Source: a virus
Lineage: Duplodnaviria > Caudoviricetes
DNA length: 42,057 bases
IMG/VR virus record: IMGVR_UViG_3300017912_002071
Coordinates: 1 to 42,057 of that record
Strand: one strand, 5' to 3'
Shown: positions 9,575-18,584 of the stretch, piece by piece
Numbering within the stretch: the first letter of the stretch is position 1
How the letters are laid out: each line of letters starts with the position of its first letter
The notes under the pieces: generated by a model
Seen by the model: the letters and a program-made list of their open reading frames with translations, nothing else
What the model was told of the DNA's origin: nothing
Databases searched by the model: none
Position numbers and translations under genes: made by a program

Positions 9575-10935
9575 TATATTCTCAATCCTGGGCTAGCGTT
9601 TAGAGTTTTATATGTAGTACCAGTAAGGTTACCCAACTTACCACAGGTAAGTGAAACTTCATATCGTTGACCTTGTGTAAACACATGACGTGCAGCATAG
9701 ATTAAATAGTTACCTGATTTCTTTTTATCTACCAGATCATTATTCTTGCCATCTGGAATATAGTTTTTTAAAGCTTCAATTGTAATCTGATTACCAATAG
9801 TAACATTAGCTTTACTTGTTAAAAAGTTTCCACCAGGGACAGTAATATCTATTGTACTCTTCATTAGAAAATTCTTTAGGGCTTTTGCAACTGATTTATC
9901 TCTATGGAATGCAGCAGAGTTGTCTTCATGATAATTGTTAATTCCTTCAAAGGTTCTACTTGTTGTTACTTTCGAAACATTCTTTGAAAGATAGTCGTGA
10001 AGAGGTCTACCGTTAACTGTTGTAGTATGATCGTACAAGGGTGCTTGTGCAATCACAGATGATGCACTGTATAGTTTATTATAAATTGCCTTAATGCTAT
10101 GATTGTATGATGCAGTCAGGTTTGATATAGAATCATGATATTGATATACAGCTCCAACATCTCCATTTCGAACTAACTGATTAAGATTCTCATTCTTTTT
10201 GTATTCCATTGCGGTAATGTTATATGCTGAAGCAGCAGGAGCAAGTTCGTCATTCTGAGCTAGAACCTGACTATAACGATAAGGTCGTGTATCTGAATTC
10301 AATGCAGGTCTATCTAACATATCATGTAAGCTAAAGAATCTCAAGTTACTATCTGCTAACGATGGATATAGAAAGAAAGGACTTCCCACAGCATCTGTTG
10401 ATCGATCTCTCATAGCCATCATTACTTCAAAAGGATTCATATTAGGAACTAAGAATCTCATTGGAGCTTGGATGGGAGGATCTCTCATCATTAAATTTTT
10501 ACCAAAGAAATTATCTATCAAACAATTATAAATTATTTCATTAGGTTTACCTTCATATTTTTTCTGAAGATTAACTAATGAGCTAGAATAAAATTCATAA
10601 TCAACAAGTGAAAGTAATAACACCTGAGCCTGATCGTTAGTGTTGATAGTTGTTTCTAATTCTCTTACAACAAATCGTTTTCTGATTAGCTCACTTGAAT
10701 CTGGAATTTTTATTTGGATATCAACAGATTCAGTTCCTAGAAAGTCAACATTCTCAAATATGTTTGCATCATCTAATAGTAGAAGAGTACCACTAATGAA
10801 TGGCTTTTCTAAATGCTCGAATAAATTAATTTCCAAAACACTAGATGCAACTTCATAGAAACCAGTTGTTCTTTCTGATTCAATCTTTACACTTTGTAAC
10901 TCGTATTGATACGGAGATACGTGATTAAAACTCAT
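9574..10935 (-). CDS. Baseplate hub protein (gp27-like)
   Basis: INLFE....PFISG.L...D..N......GTE and C-terminal ITVPG...SGNYLI...RH.F pattern; position between gp53 and gp5. Confidence 0.65.
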   Translation of the reverse strand: MSFNHVSPYQYELQSVKIESERTTGFYEVASSVLEINLFEHLEKPFISGTLLLLDDANIFENVDFLGTESVDIQIKIPDSSELIRKRFVVRELETTINTNDQAQVLLLSLVDYEFYSSSLVNLQKKYEGKPNEIIYNCLIDNFFGKNLMMRDPPIQAPMRFLVPNMNPFEVMMAMRDRSTDAVGSPFFLYPSLADSNLRFFSLHDMLDRPALNSDTRPYRYSQVLAQNDELAPAASAYNITAMEYKKNENLNQLVRNGDVGAVYQYHDSISNLTASYNHSIKAIYNKLYSASSVIAQAPLYDHTTTVNGRPLHDYLSKNVSKVTTSRTFEGINNYHEDNSAAFHRDKSVAKALKNFLMKSTIDITVPGGNFLTSKANVTIGNQITIEALKNYIPDGKNNDLVDKKKSGNYLIYAARHVFTQGQRYEVSLTCGKLGNLTGTTYKTLNASPGLRI

Positions 10936-11684
10936 GACCGTAATTCTTCTTGAAATCTATTTGCTATTTGTGTAACAACTTGAGGTGTCATCACTCTGAT
11001 TCTTTTTAACCCATCATTAACTTTTCTATATTTTTCTAGTTTAGTGACAGGTGTAAGGTCTGCTGCTGGTTCAGCATATGGATTGATATCAGCTTGTCTA
11101 CCTTCACCATCCAAGAAATGGTCAATTGAATTAGATTCGTCAATTGCAGAGAATAATGTTATTGACTGTACATCGGATCCAACCTGAGAAGTAACAACCT
11201 CATCGCTAAAAAACTTTGGAGATCCAGATCCTTCTGCTTCACCAAACTGAAGATTACTAATGTGTAGTTGTCCTAGATCTAAGTTTCGAAAAACAATCTG
11301 ACCCGTTACACCTGATGCAGAACCTCTTACCGTTTGCCCAATTTTGAATACACCAGCAAGACTGTCTCTTGTAGAGATAACAAAGTTAGGATGATCTTCT
11401 GCAACCTTTGTTACCAATGTTTTTTCAGTTAGCGGCCAACCAGATTCCCTTAGATTATCATTCATTAAAAAGAATGTCCAATACAATGATTGGTCTTCAT
11501 ACAATCTATGTGCAAGGATGTCTGGTCTATCACCTTCTTGGATGTAATAGTATCTGTAAGCAGATATTTCATCTTTTACCTGATCAACAATATCAATGTA
11601 TGTCCCCAGATTGGTAAATGCTACAGGAAGTTCTCCAGAACCAAAACTATATGGTGTTAACGGAAAGTCTTTAAAATAAGCCAT
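10932..11684 (-). CDS. gp53: Baseplate wedge protein gp53
   Basis: MAYFKDFP, YYIQEGDRPD.LA..LY....YW...LMN...WP (LysM-like) motifs. Confidence 0.9.
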   Translation of the reverse strand: MAYFKDFPLTPYSFGSGELPVAFTNLGTYIDIVDQVKDEISAYRYYYIQEGDRPDILAHRLYEDQSLYWTFFLMNDNLRESGWPLTEKTLVTKVAEDHPNFVISTRDSLAGVFKIGQTVRGSASGVTGQIVFRNLDLGQLHISNLQFGEAEGSGSPKFFSDEVVTSQVGSDVQSITLFSAIDESNSIDHFLDGEGRQADINPYAEPAADLTPVTKLEKYRKVNDGLKRIRVMTPQVVTQIANRFQEELRS

Positions 11685-11694
11685 ATTATATCCT

Positions 11695-12714
11695 CTATCG
11701 GAATAGGTTTATAAGTTCGGTTAGTAGATCAAATGTACCACCACCATTGTTAGTTTTGCCAAATTGATCGACACCGTTCTGAATATCTTGCTTGGACAAT
11801 GTACGTGATTCAACCAACGTTAGTGTAAGATCGATCTCGCTAAATTTACCATCACGATAAAACGATTGAGATGTTCCGTTGTATGTTGTAGACATATTTC
11901 TTAGATATGCAGGAAGAATAGTGATTCCAGTATCCTTTCCATCATATTTTATACTTGTAACAAACTTATTTGGGAATTTGTATGCAACGGGTGTATCACC
12001 TGCAGAATATGTTTCGGGGTAAATTTCCTCTCTAAAAAAGTTTACAATGTCAATGATTTCTTGAGCTTCTCTTTGCGATTGTGGTAACATTTTAAAGGAA
12101 AAGGTAAACTCTCTTAGTGGCACAGATTTAAAAACCGCTCTCGTGTTTGGATTAGTAGTTGTTTGCAATGCAGATGAAACAACTGCACCAGTGACTGTCC
12201 CAGCTCTTTGTGCAATTGCAGATGCTGCGGCACCCATAAGTTCATTCCTATTAGGTGAACTTCTCATAGCATCAGTCAATCGATTAATCTCACCAAAAGG
12301 ATCCATCACACGGCCAATAACATCTTGTACGTTACTAGCACCTTCAAAAGCGGTTGCCCCCCTCACACCAAAGTCTACGTTATCAAATTGAACACCATCT
12401 TGAACTTGCACGCCAGATGGTAGATACAACTCAACAATTTTACCTAGCTCTTGAGTAGAACCGGTTAGCTCAGAATTAAATATATCACCTGCTAAACTTC
12501 CAAGATTTCCAATAGATTGAAAAAAGTTTTGAGCAATATTGTTACCATCAGTACTACTTTGAAAATTTGAAGCTGCGTTATCAGTAGAGTTAGCAACTTG
12601 TGATGTTTGTACATCACCTGGAGTCAATCCAAAGCCAGAAGTTTTTAACACTTGGAATGATATACGACCTGCGTATTTGTTCTGTTCCTCAAGTGGGAAT
12701 GATAGATTGGGCAT
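11695..12714 (-). CDS. gp48: Baseplate tail tube cap gp48
   Basis: LYLP, NPN....F....LREFTFSFKMLPQS..EA..I..I...F, LTLVE motifs. Start moved to ATG 12714, which has an AGGAGG RBS. Confidence 0.9.
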   Translation of the reverse strand: MPNLSFPLEEQNKYAGRISFQVLKTSGFGLTPGDVQTSQVANSTDNAASNFQSSTDGNNIAQNFFQSIGNLGSLAGDIFNSELTGSTQELGKIVELYLPSGVQVQDGVQFDNVDFGVRGATAFEGASNVQDVIGRVMDPFGEINRLTDAMRSSPNRNELMGAAASAIAQRAGTVTGAVVSSALQTTTNPNTRAVFKSVPLREFTFSFKMLPQSQREAQEIIDIVNFFREEIYPETYSAGDTPVAYKFPNKFVTSIKYDGKDTGITILPAYLRNMSTTYNGTSQSFYRDGKFSEIDLTLTLVESRTLSKQDIQNGVDQFGKTNNGGGTFDLLTELINLFR

Positions 12715-12748
12715 TGTGCCTCCTAAATACATCAAAAACAGTTAAGAG

Positions 12749-12756
12749 TATTTATA
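12749..12756 (-). promoter_or_regulatory. T4-type late promoter for the gp48-gp53-gp5 operon
   Basis: Exact TATAAATA on the minus strand, overlapping the gp4 start codon. Confidence 0.8.
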
Positions 12757-13283
12757 TGGCTTACTCAGGAAGATATGTCGTAAAAAACAAAAGCAAATAT
12801 GCTGGTGATATTGATAAAGTTATTTATCGATCTATGTGGGAACGACATGCATTCAGCTGGTGTGATAATAATCCTAACGTGAAGAAATGGTCTAGTGAGG
12901 AAGTTGTTATCCCATACTTCTGGGATGTTGATAAAAGATATCACAGATACTTTATGGATCTAAAAATTGTCTTTAAAGATGGTAAAACTATTCTTGTTGA
13001 AATAAAACCTGCAAAAGAAACAGAGCCTCCAAAGAAGCCAGATAAGTCTCGACGATATATTAATGAATCTCTAACATATGTTAAGAATATGAATAAGTGG
13101 AAAGCTGCTAATGAGTATGCAAAGGATAGAGGTTGGTCTTTTCAGATATGGACAGAAAACACGCTTACCAAAATGGGAATACTTCCGGAAGTATCTCGCA
13201 AAGGAGGATTGGAACCATTAAAACCTATGAAACCATTTCGAAAGAAGAAGCGTACCACCACCCACCGCAAAGGGCGCTCTTAG
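12756..13283 (+). CDS. gp4: Head completion protein gp4 (TnsA-like nuclease fold)
   Basis: MAYSGRY...KY.GD...IYRS.WE...WCD.NP.V..WSSEE..IPY...HRYF.D...EIKP...N..KW.AA. True start is ATG 12756, not 12600. Confidence 0.95.
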   Translation: MAYSGRYVVKNKSKYAGDIDKVIYRSMWERHAFSWCDNNPNVKKWSSEEVVIPYFWDVDKRYHRYFMDLKIVFKDGKTILVEIKPAKETEPPKKPDKSRRYINESLTYVKNMNKWKAANEYAKDRGWSFQIWTENTLTKMGILPEVSRKGGLEPLKPMKPFRKKKRTTTHRKGRS

Positions 13284-13321
13284 ATTATACCCTGTTTTCA
13301 GAAAAGATCAACGCAATAACA

Positions 13322-13329
13322 TATAAATA
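13322..13329 (+). promoter_or_regulatory. T4-type late promoter upstream of gp2
   Basis: Exact TATAAATA 5 nt before the ATG at 13335. Confidence 0.75.
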
Positions 13330-13334
13330 AAGAT

Positions 13335-13916
13335 ATGTCAAATTTATTTTATAACTTGGAGATGGAAGCGTTTCGTAACGGTATCACTCCACGTACAAAA
13401 GAATCTATGGATTGGTTTCGACGCAAAGCGCAAGCAATGCGAAGGGTTAACCGTAATCAATTAATGAAACAAGAACCAGTTGAGTTGCGGAACAGAGGTG
13501 TTGTAGGGAACATGTATATGTTCTTCTATGATCCTAAGACAAAAGAACAGTTACCATACTACGATAGGTTCCCCTTAGTAGTGGTGGTGGGGAAAGCAGA
13601 AGGCGGCTTCTACGGGCTTAATTTGCACTATTTGCCCCCAGTACTACGAGCTAGAATGTTAGATGGATTGATGGACATCACAAACAATAAAGTATATGAC
13701 GACAGCACAAGATTCAATATTCGCTACAGTACACTGAAAAGAATTTCAAAATTAAAATATTATAAGCCATGTTTTAAACATTATTTGAATTCACAAGTAA
13801 GAAGTAGGTTTGCTTATGTGCAACCACCTGAGTGGGAGATTGCTACATTCTTACCATCAGCAGACTTCTCGAAGAATAAGAATATGGTTTATAAAGATTC
13901 AAGGAAGATGATCTAA
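13335..13916 (+). CDS. gp2: DNA end protector protein gp2
   Basis: MYMFFYDPKTK..LPYYDRFPL...GLNLHYL, PCFKHYL, EW..A.FLP motifs. Confidence 0.95.
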   Translation: MSNLFYNLEMEAFRNGITPRTKESMDWFRRKAQAMRRVNRNQLMKQEPVELRNRGVVGNMYMFFYDPKTKEQLPYYDRFPLVVVVGKAEGGFYGLNLHYLPPVLRARMLDGLMDITNNKVYDDSTRFNIRYSTLKRISKLKYYKPCFKHYLNSQVRSRFAYVQPPEWEIATFLPSADFSKNKNMVYKDSRKMI

Positions 13917-14449
13917 TGATTAACATTGATGGGTTAAAAGCATTTGTAAATTCAAAGAATGGTTTTGCACGTACTAATGCTTGGCAAGTTGTACTTCCTC
14001 AATTGACAGGTTTTGATATTGCTACAGAAGAACTCAATGTCTTGTGCAAAGATGTGAATCTTCCAGGTAGACAGATTGCAACTAATGAACGTGTTGTAGG
14101 AATGAAACCTACAAAGCAAGCGTATGCGTTCTTACAAGATGATGTTTCAATGACATTTCATCTATTGAATGATTATAGAATAAAAGAATATTTTGAACAC
14201 TGGATGAATATTATCATTGATCAGGATGATGCTTATACGTTAGCTTATCCGGATGAATATTCTGGTGATATTGCAATCTCACAATTGAGAAAAGGTAACA
14301 TAAATAGCGTTGATGATACAATTGTTTACACTTGTGTCCTTGAGAATGCGTTCCCCACTACTATGAACGCAATTAATTTAAACAATGAACAAGCTGGCAT
14401 AGTTGAGTTGAATGTCCAGCTTTCTTATAGAAATTGGAGTACTAGATAA
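13916..14449 (+). CDS. Baseplate tail tube initiator (gp54/gp19-like)
   Basis: GFARTN...V, C..VNLPG..I.T, F..W...I, AFP......L, L.V.L.YR.W tail-tube fold motifs. Confidence 0.8.
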   Translation: MINIDGLKAFVNSKNGFARTNAWQVVLPQLTGFDIATEELNVLCKDVNLPGRQIATNERVVGMKPTKQAYAFLQDDVSMTFHLLNDYRIKEYFEHWMNIIIDQDDAYTLAYPDEYSGDIAISQLRKGNINSVDDTIVYTCVLENAFPTTMNAINLNNEQAGIVELNVQLSYRNWSTR

Positions 14450-15153
14450 TGGCTTTACCTAAGCTGAACGCTGCCCCCAAATATGAAGTGGTGGTACCGT
14501 CTACTGGACAGCAGGTAAGATACAGACCTTACCTTGTCAAAGAAGAAAAAATTCTTATGCTAGCTATGGAGTCACAAGATCAACGACAGGCATTGTCTGC
14601 AATCGTTGATACAATCGATTCCTGTGTACAAGATGATCTGAATACTTCTGATCTAACAACATTTGACGTTGAATATCTGTTCACACAAATCAGATCTAAG
14701 TCAGTTGGTGAAACTGCAAAGATTATGGTTGGATGTCAACACTGTGAAGCTGAAAATGAAGTTACTGTAAAGTTAGATGATATTAAAGTTGGCAATCCAG
14801 AAGGATTAGAAACAAAGATTCAACTTACAGATGATATTGCATTGCAGATGCGTTGGCCTAGCTACAATGAGATTGTCGAGTTTGATCAGAATCAGAATCA
14901 AACAGAACTAACATTCAAAATGATATCATCCTGCATCGATACTGTGCTTACAGCAGAAGAAGCAATTAAGATGAAAGATGAACCTGAAGCAGAGCGAATG
15001 GACTTCATTGAGTCGCTATCTTCTGAACAGTTTAACAAGATTAGATTGTATGTTGAGAAGATGCCTAAGATGGAACATAGTGTACAGTTTGAATGTACCG
15101 AGTGTAAGAAAGGAAACGATATAACCCTGTCGGGCATATCAGATTTTTTCTAG
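14449..15153 (+). CDS. gp26: Baseplate hub assembly protein gp26
   Basis: MALPKL..P.Y...PSTG....YRPYLVKEEKIL..A.E, FDVEYLF..IRSKSVGE, two CxxC pairs, ends GISDFF. Confidence 0.92.
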   Translation: MALPKLNAAPKYEVVVPSTGQQVRYRPYLVKEEKILMLAMESQDQRQALSAIVDTIDSCVQDDLNTSDLTTFDVEYLFTQIRSKSVGETAKIMVGCQHCEAENEVTVKLDDIKVGNPEGLETKIQLTDDIALQMRWPSYNEIVEFDQNQNQTELTFKMISSCIDTVLTAEEAIKMKDEPEAERMDFIESLSSEQFNKIRLYVEKMPKMEHSVQFECTECKKGNDITLSGISDFF

Positions 15154-15341
15154 TATGCCTTTCCCACGAGAGCTTAGTAAGCTACTTTAAAACCAACTTC
15201 GCTCTCATGCAACATCATCATTACTCGCTGAATGAAATTGAAATGATGATACCGTGGGAAAGGGAGATTTATTTAACATTATTGACTGAGCATATAAAAG
15301 AAGAGAATGAACGAATAAGAGATCAACAGAATAAGAGATAG
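15144..15341 (+). CDS. gp51: gp51-like hub assembly catalyst; -1 frame extension of gp26 (first ATG only at 15207)
   Basis: Hand translation FFLVCLSHESLVSYFKTNFALMQHHHYSLNEIEMMIPWEREIYLTLLTEHIKEENERIRDQQNKR*; NFALMQHH.YSL.EIE.M.PWEREIY is the gp51-type motif of T4-like phages. Confidence 0.85.
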   Translation, partial: FFLVCLSHESLVSYFKTNFALMQHHHYSLNEIEMMIPWEREIYLTLLTEHIKEENERIRDQQNKR

Positions 15342-15343
15342 CT

Positions 15344-17365
15344 ATGTCATTAGAAGATGTAAAAGCACAACTCGAACATCAGAACAGAGAACAGGAACGT
15401 ACTACTGATTCTATAGAAGCTTTGCGCACTATGTTTATGGAACGATTCAAAATGGAGGATCGTGGTAAGCTAGATGAGATGGAAGCACTAAAAGAAGCTA
15501 AGGGTAAAGGTTCTAAAGCTGCTCCTGAACGTAGAGATAAAGCAAAAGCTGAAGCAAGTGGATTCAATCCACTAGCAATGCTTAATAGTTTAGCATTGCC
15601 TTCTCTTGTCGCTCTAGGTGCATCTCTATCAGGCTTTGACGCTGCAATCAAAGCTCTGAAGATTCCTGATTACATCTCTTCTATTAGCAGAGCATTGACT
15701 TCTGTTAGCGATATGTTCTCAACGATGAGCACAAAGGCTACAGATTTAGTTGATGAAATAAAACTAATTAGACTACCAAGTTTACCTGAAATAGATATTC
15801 CCAAACTGAAAGTTACTTTGCCAGATTCATGGTCAACACTTGGTACTAAGATTACTACTGCAATTGGTGACGCACTTCCAAAAGTGGAAGACATAAAGAT
15901 ACCTAGAATAATATTTCCTGACTTTCCAGACATTACTGTCAAATTACCAAAAATGCCTGAAGTTGAAATGCCCAAGTTACCAAAGCTAAAAATTCCAGAC
16001 ATTGAATTACCAAGGTTGCCAGAACTTAAAATACCGGAAAAGATAACCGATTTCTTTGATAGTATAAGAGCATTCAATAAATCGGTTGTAGATTTTGTTG
16101 CACCTAAAGTTCCAAAGTTTGAATTATTAAATGCAGATGGTACACCATTCAAATTCCCAGAGTTAAAATTACCAGAAGGTTTGAAAGGATTAAAATTTCC
16201 TGACATGTCTGCTGTAAAAACATTCTTTGTAGGAACAGAAGCTGGTGGTGGTATTGTAGGTTTTTTAACTAGCGCTGCTGAAATGGTTGGTAAGATTCCA
16301 GGTGTGTCAATGATTGCGAGAATAGTTGGTGGTCCAGTTACCCAAGCTATCATTTCAATTATCGACTTCTTTACTGGATTCTATAAAGGCTTCACTGAAG
16401 TTGAATTAGATGAAGATGGTAATGAGATTACAAAATCGTTTGGCGACAAGATGCTAGCAGGTATTGAAGGTGGCCTTGATGGAGTAATGAAAGGAATAGT
16501 AGAAGGTTTCCAACTACTATTTGTTGAATTACCTAAATGGTTACTAACAAAAGCTGGTTTGGATATGTCATGGATGGACAATATTGATCTGTGGGCAATC
16601 ATAAGTCCAGTGTGGGAATTCATAAAAGGCATTCCAAAGTTTTTATTCAGTAAAGAATATCGAGATGAACAAATAGAAAAGTTTAAAGGTCTCTTCACAG
16701 GCGAAGATGGAGTTGTTGGTAAACTTAAAAACTTCTTCTCAGAATTATTTGACTTTATTCCTAGTATAAAAGATATCAAAGCCAGATTGTATGCACTTCT
16801 GCCTGACTGGATGAAAACAACTGCAGAAGATCTAAAAAAAGATCTAGCAGAATTGGATGAGAAACAAGATCGAGATATAAAATATTTACAAGACACGCGT
16901 GGAGCTGATTTTGATTTAACACAGGATCCGGGTCAATTCAAAGGACAGACTAAAGTAAAACTAAGGGCTATTCAACAAAGAATAAAAAGACGAGAAGAGA
17001 TATTGAAAGAACTAGATACTATGGGTGCCAACTTAGCTGAAGGAGCTTTAGGAGGACAAACCTCATCTCGTATTGGTGCACTGGGTCATCTTATGAAGAT
17101 TCATAAGAACGAATTAATTGTTCCGTTAGATTCATCTCCACAGGGACAAGCACTGAAGAAGCTAAGTAAAGTATTGAATGTCACAGCATCTGAAATGCAG
17201 AACGCACAGAGAGAGTATTCTTCTATGGCTGGTACTTCAATGCCAACGATCGTTAACAACATTGTAGATAATAGTACTAAGCAGTCTTCAAGTATACATA
17301 ACCGGAGCAGCTTTACAGCTCCTCCGGTTACTGTTGACGCTAGTTTGCCAGTAGGATTGGTTTAA
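15344..17365 (+). CDS. Tail length/tape measure-like protein (gp29 position)
   Basis: Follows gp26/gp51; coiled-coil N-terminus, amphipathic and hydrophobic central repeats, IHKNELIVPL and C-terminal IVNNIVDNST tract. Confidence 0.6.
   Translation: MSLEDVKAQLEHQNREQERTTDSIEALRTMFMERFKMEDRGKLDEMEALKEAKGKGSKAAPERRDKAKAEASGFNPLAMLNSLALPSLVALGASLSGFDAAIKALKIPDYISSISRALTSVSDMFSTMSTKATDLVDEIKLIRLPSLPEIDIPKLKVTLPDSWSTLGTKITTAIGDALPKVEDIKIPRIIFPDFPDITVKLPKMPEVEMPKLPKLKIPDIELPRLPELKIPEKITDFFDSIRAFNKSVVDFVAPKVPKFELLNADGTPFKFPELKLPEGLKGLKFPDMSAVKTFFVGTEAGGGIVGFLTSAAEMVGKIPGVSMIARIVGGPVTQAIISIIDFFTGFYKGFTEVELDEDGNEITKSFGDKMLAGIEGGLDGVMKGIVEGFQLLFVELPKWLLTKAGLDMSWMDNIDLWAIISPVWEFIKGIPKFLFSKEYRDEQIEKFKGLFTGEDGVVGKLKNFFSELFDFIPSIKDIKARLYALLPDWMKTTAEDLKKDLAELDEKQDRDIKYLQDTRGADFDLTQDPGQFKGQTKVKLRAIQQRIKRREEILKELDTMGANLAEGALGGQTSSRIGALGHLMKIHKNELIVPLDSSPQGQALKKLSKVLNVTASEMQNAQREYSSMAGTSMPTIVNNIVDNSTKQSSSIHNRSSFTAPPVTVDASLPVGLV
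15770..16210 (+). repeat. Pro-rich pentapeptide-like protein repeat (LPKLK/IPDIE/LPELK/FPELK)
   Basis: Visible in translation, e.g. LPKMPEVEMPKLPKLKIPDIELPRLPELKIPEK; boundaries approximate. Confidence 0.75.
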
Positions 17366-18282
17366 TCGTCAGCAGCTAGCTTAGCAAAGTAGCTCATAGT
17401 ATCATCTTCCTCTGACGCTGCTTCCGCCGTAGCTACCACAGGTGCAGGTGCACTTACTGGTGCCGAAGCTGCCGCAGCTGGAAAGTCAGGGATCTCATCA
17501 TCTAATTCCAATGAGGCTTCTTGCTTCTGAGTACGTGGTGCACTCTCTCCAAGAACCAAAGCTAAACGAGCTTTCAACTCATCATAGGTCTTATAGTTAG
17601 TTGGATCAGTCCACTCTGTTAGATCGTACTGCTTGTTGTACAATGCTTCTAGCTCTTCATCACTACCTGGAACAGCAGCTGGGGCTTTGAAGCTAGATGC
17701 ATCGTAATTAGGATAGCCTTCGACCTTACGAATCTTTACAGTAAAGTCTGCACCTTCCCACATATCAAATGGGTTGACAGGAGTCTCATCAGGGAACTGA
17801 GGCTGCATGCTATCCATAATCTTATCGAAGATCTTCTTACCAAACCGATACAGTTTGACTTGACCTTCGTTCTCTGGGTTAGATGGATCAGATACAATCA
17901 GTACGTTTGCAACATAACGTAGGTTACGTTTACGCTGACGCACGATACCTTTGTCTGATTCAATACCAGAGTTCCACATCTTTGAGTTCAACTCGGATAG
18001 TGGATCCTGTTGACCAATAGAAGTCAAAGACTTCTCAATATACCATTGCCCTGTTGGTCCTTTGAAAGCATGGTCCCAATAACGAATCCAAGGTGTAGCA
18101 GCTTTCGCATCACCAGGTAGGAATCGAATCACAGCATAACCATTGCCAGCCTTGTCTCGTGTAGGCTGCCAGAAGCGAGGGTCATCTGATTGTCGGGTTT
18201 GAGTAGTACCTGTTGTCTCTTTTGCTTGCTCTACGAGCTTTGAAAGATCGGTACGGTTACGTTTAAGTTCTGCGAATGACAT
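17362..18282 (-). CDS. gp32: Single-stranded DNA-binding protein gp32
   Basis: DPRFW.P..DKAGNGYAVIRFLP, HAFKGPTGQWYIE.SLT, FGKKIFDKI, NYD.S.F, acidic tail SYFAKLAADD. Confidence 0.97.
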   Translation of the reverse strand: MSFAELKRNRTDLSKLVEQAKETTGTTQTRQSDDPRFWQPTRDKAGNGYAVIRFLPGDAKAATPWIRYWDHAFKGPTGQWYIEKSLTSIGQQDPLSELNSKMWNSGIESDKGIVRQRKRNLRYVANVLIVSDPSNPENEGQVKLYRFGKKIFDKIMDSMQPQFPDETPVNPFDMWEGADFTVKIRKVEGYPNYDASSFKAPAAVPGSDEELEALYNKQYDLTEWTDPTNYKTYDELKARLALVLGESAPRTQKQEASLELDDEIPDFPAAAASAPVSAPAPVVATAEAASEEDDTMSYFAKLAADD

Positions 18283-18303
18283 ATGTCTCTCCTTGTATAA
18301 AAA

Positions 18304-18331
18304 TATGTATCGTATGTTCGTATGTTCGTAT
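18304..18331 (-). repeat. Short tandem repeat (ATACGAAC-like x3) in the gp32 leader
   Basis: Minus strand reads AATACGAACATACGAACATACGATACATA upstream of the AAGGAG RBS. Confidence 0.7.
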
Positions 18332-18339
18332 TATAGCAC

Positions 18340-18347
18340 TATTTATA
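18340..18347 (-). promoter_or_regulatory. T4-type late promoter upstream of gp32
   Basis: Exact TATAAATA on the minus strand just after the gp33 stop. Confidence 0.75.
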
Positions 18348-18350
18348 GTA

Positions 18351-18584
18351 CTAGTCTACAGGCAGAACATTGCCTCTAGGTAAATAATTGAGACGTCTAG
18401 CTTCAGCCTCAATTTTGTCTTCTATCACAGGCGATATGAATTTCTTTACATCGCCTGGATCCATTTGCATTCCTTCACAAAGATCAATCACTGCATCAAT
18501 GTATGAGTGTTTCTTTTCCATCACATTCTTTTCGATCATCTTTGCAAATTTTGATTTAGTCAAGAATTCGTCTTCTGCTAACAA
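18351..18584 (-). CDS. gp33: Late transcription coactivator gp33
   Basis: F...IE..V......YIDAV...C.....D.......IS.....KIE.EA..LN.L......LP; adjacent to gp32. Confidence 0.9.
   Translation of the reverse strand: MLAEDEFLTKSKFAKMIEKNVMEKKHSYIDAVIDLCEGMQMDPGDVKKFISPVIEDKIEAEARRLNYLPRGNVLPVD

Noticed and set aside
12600-12755. N-terminal extension of gp4 in the ORF track
   Set aside because: Overlaps the divergent gp48 gene; family similarity starts at MAYSG (12756).
15379-16896. Three long minus-strand ORFs opposite the tape-measure-like gene
   Set aside because: Shadow ORFs arising from codon bias; Ser/Ile-rich, with no motifs or RBS.
18304-18331. Tandem repeat as a CRISPR array or iteron
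   Set aside because: Only three 8-nt units with no spacers; better explained as a gp32 leader.
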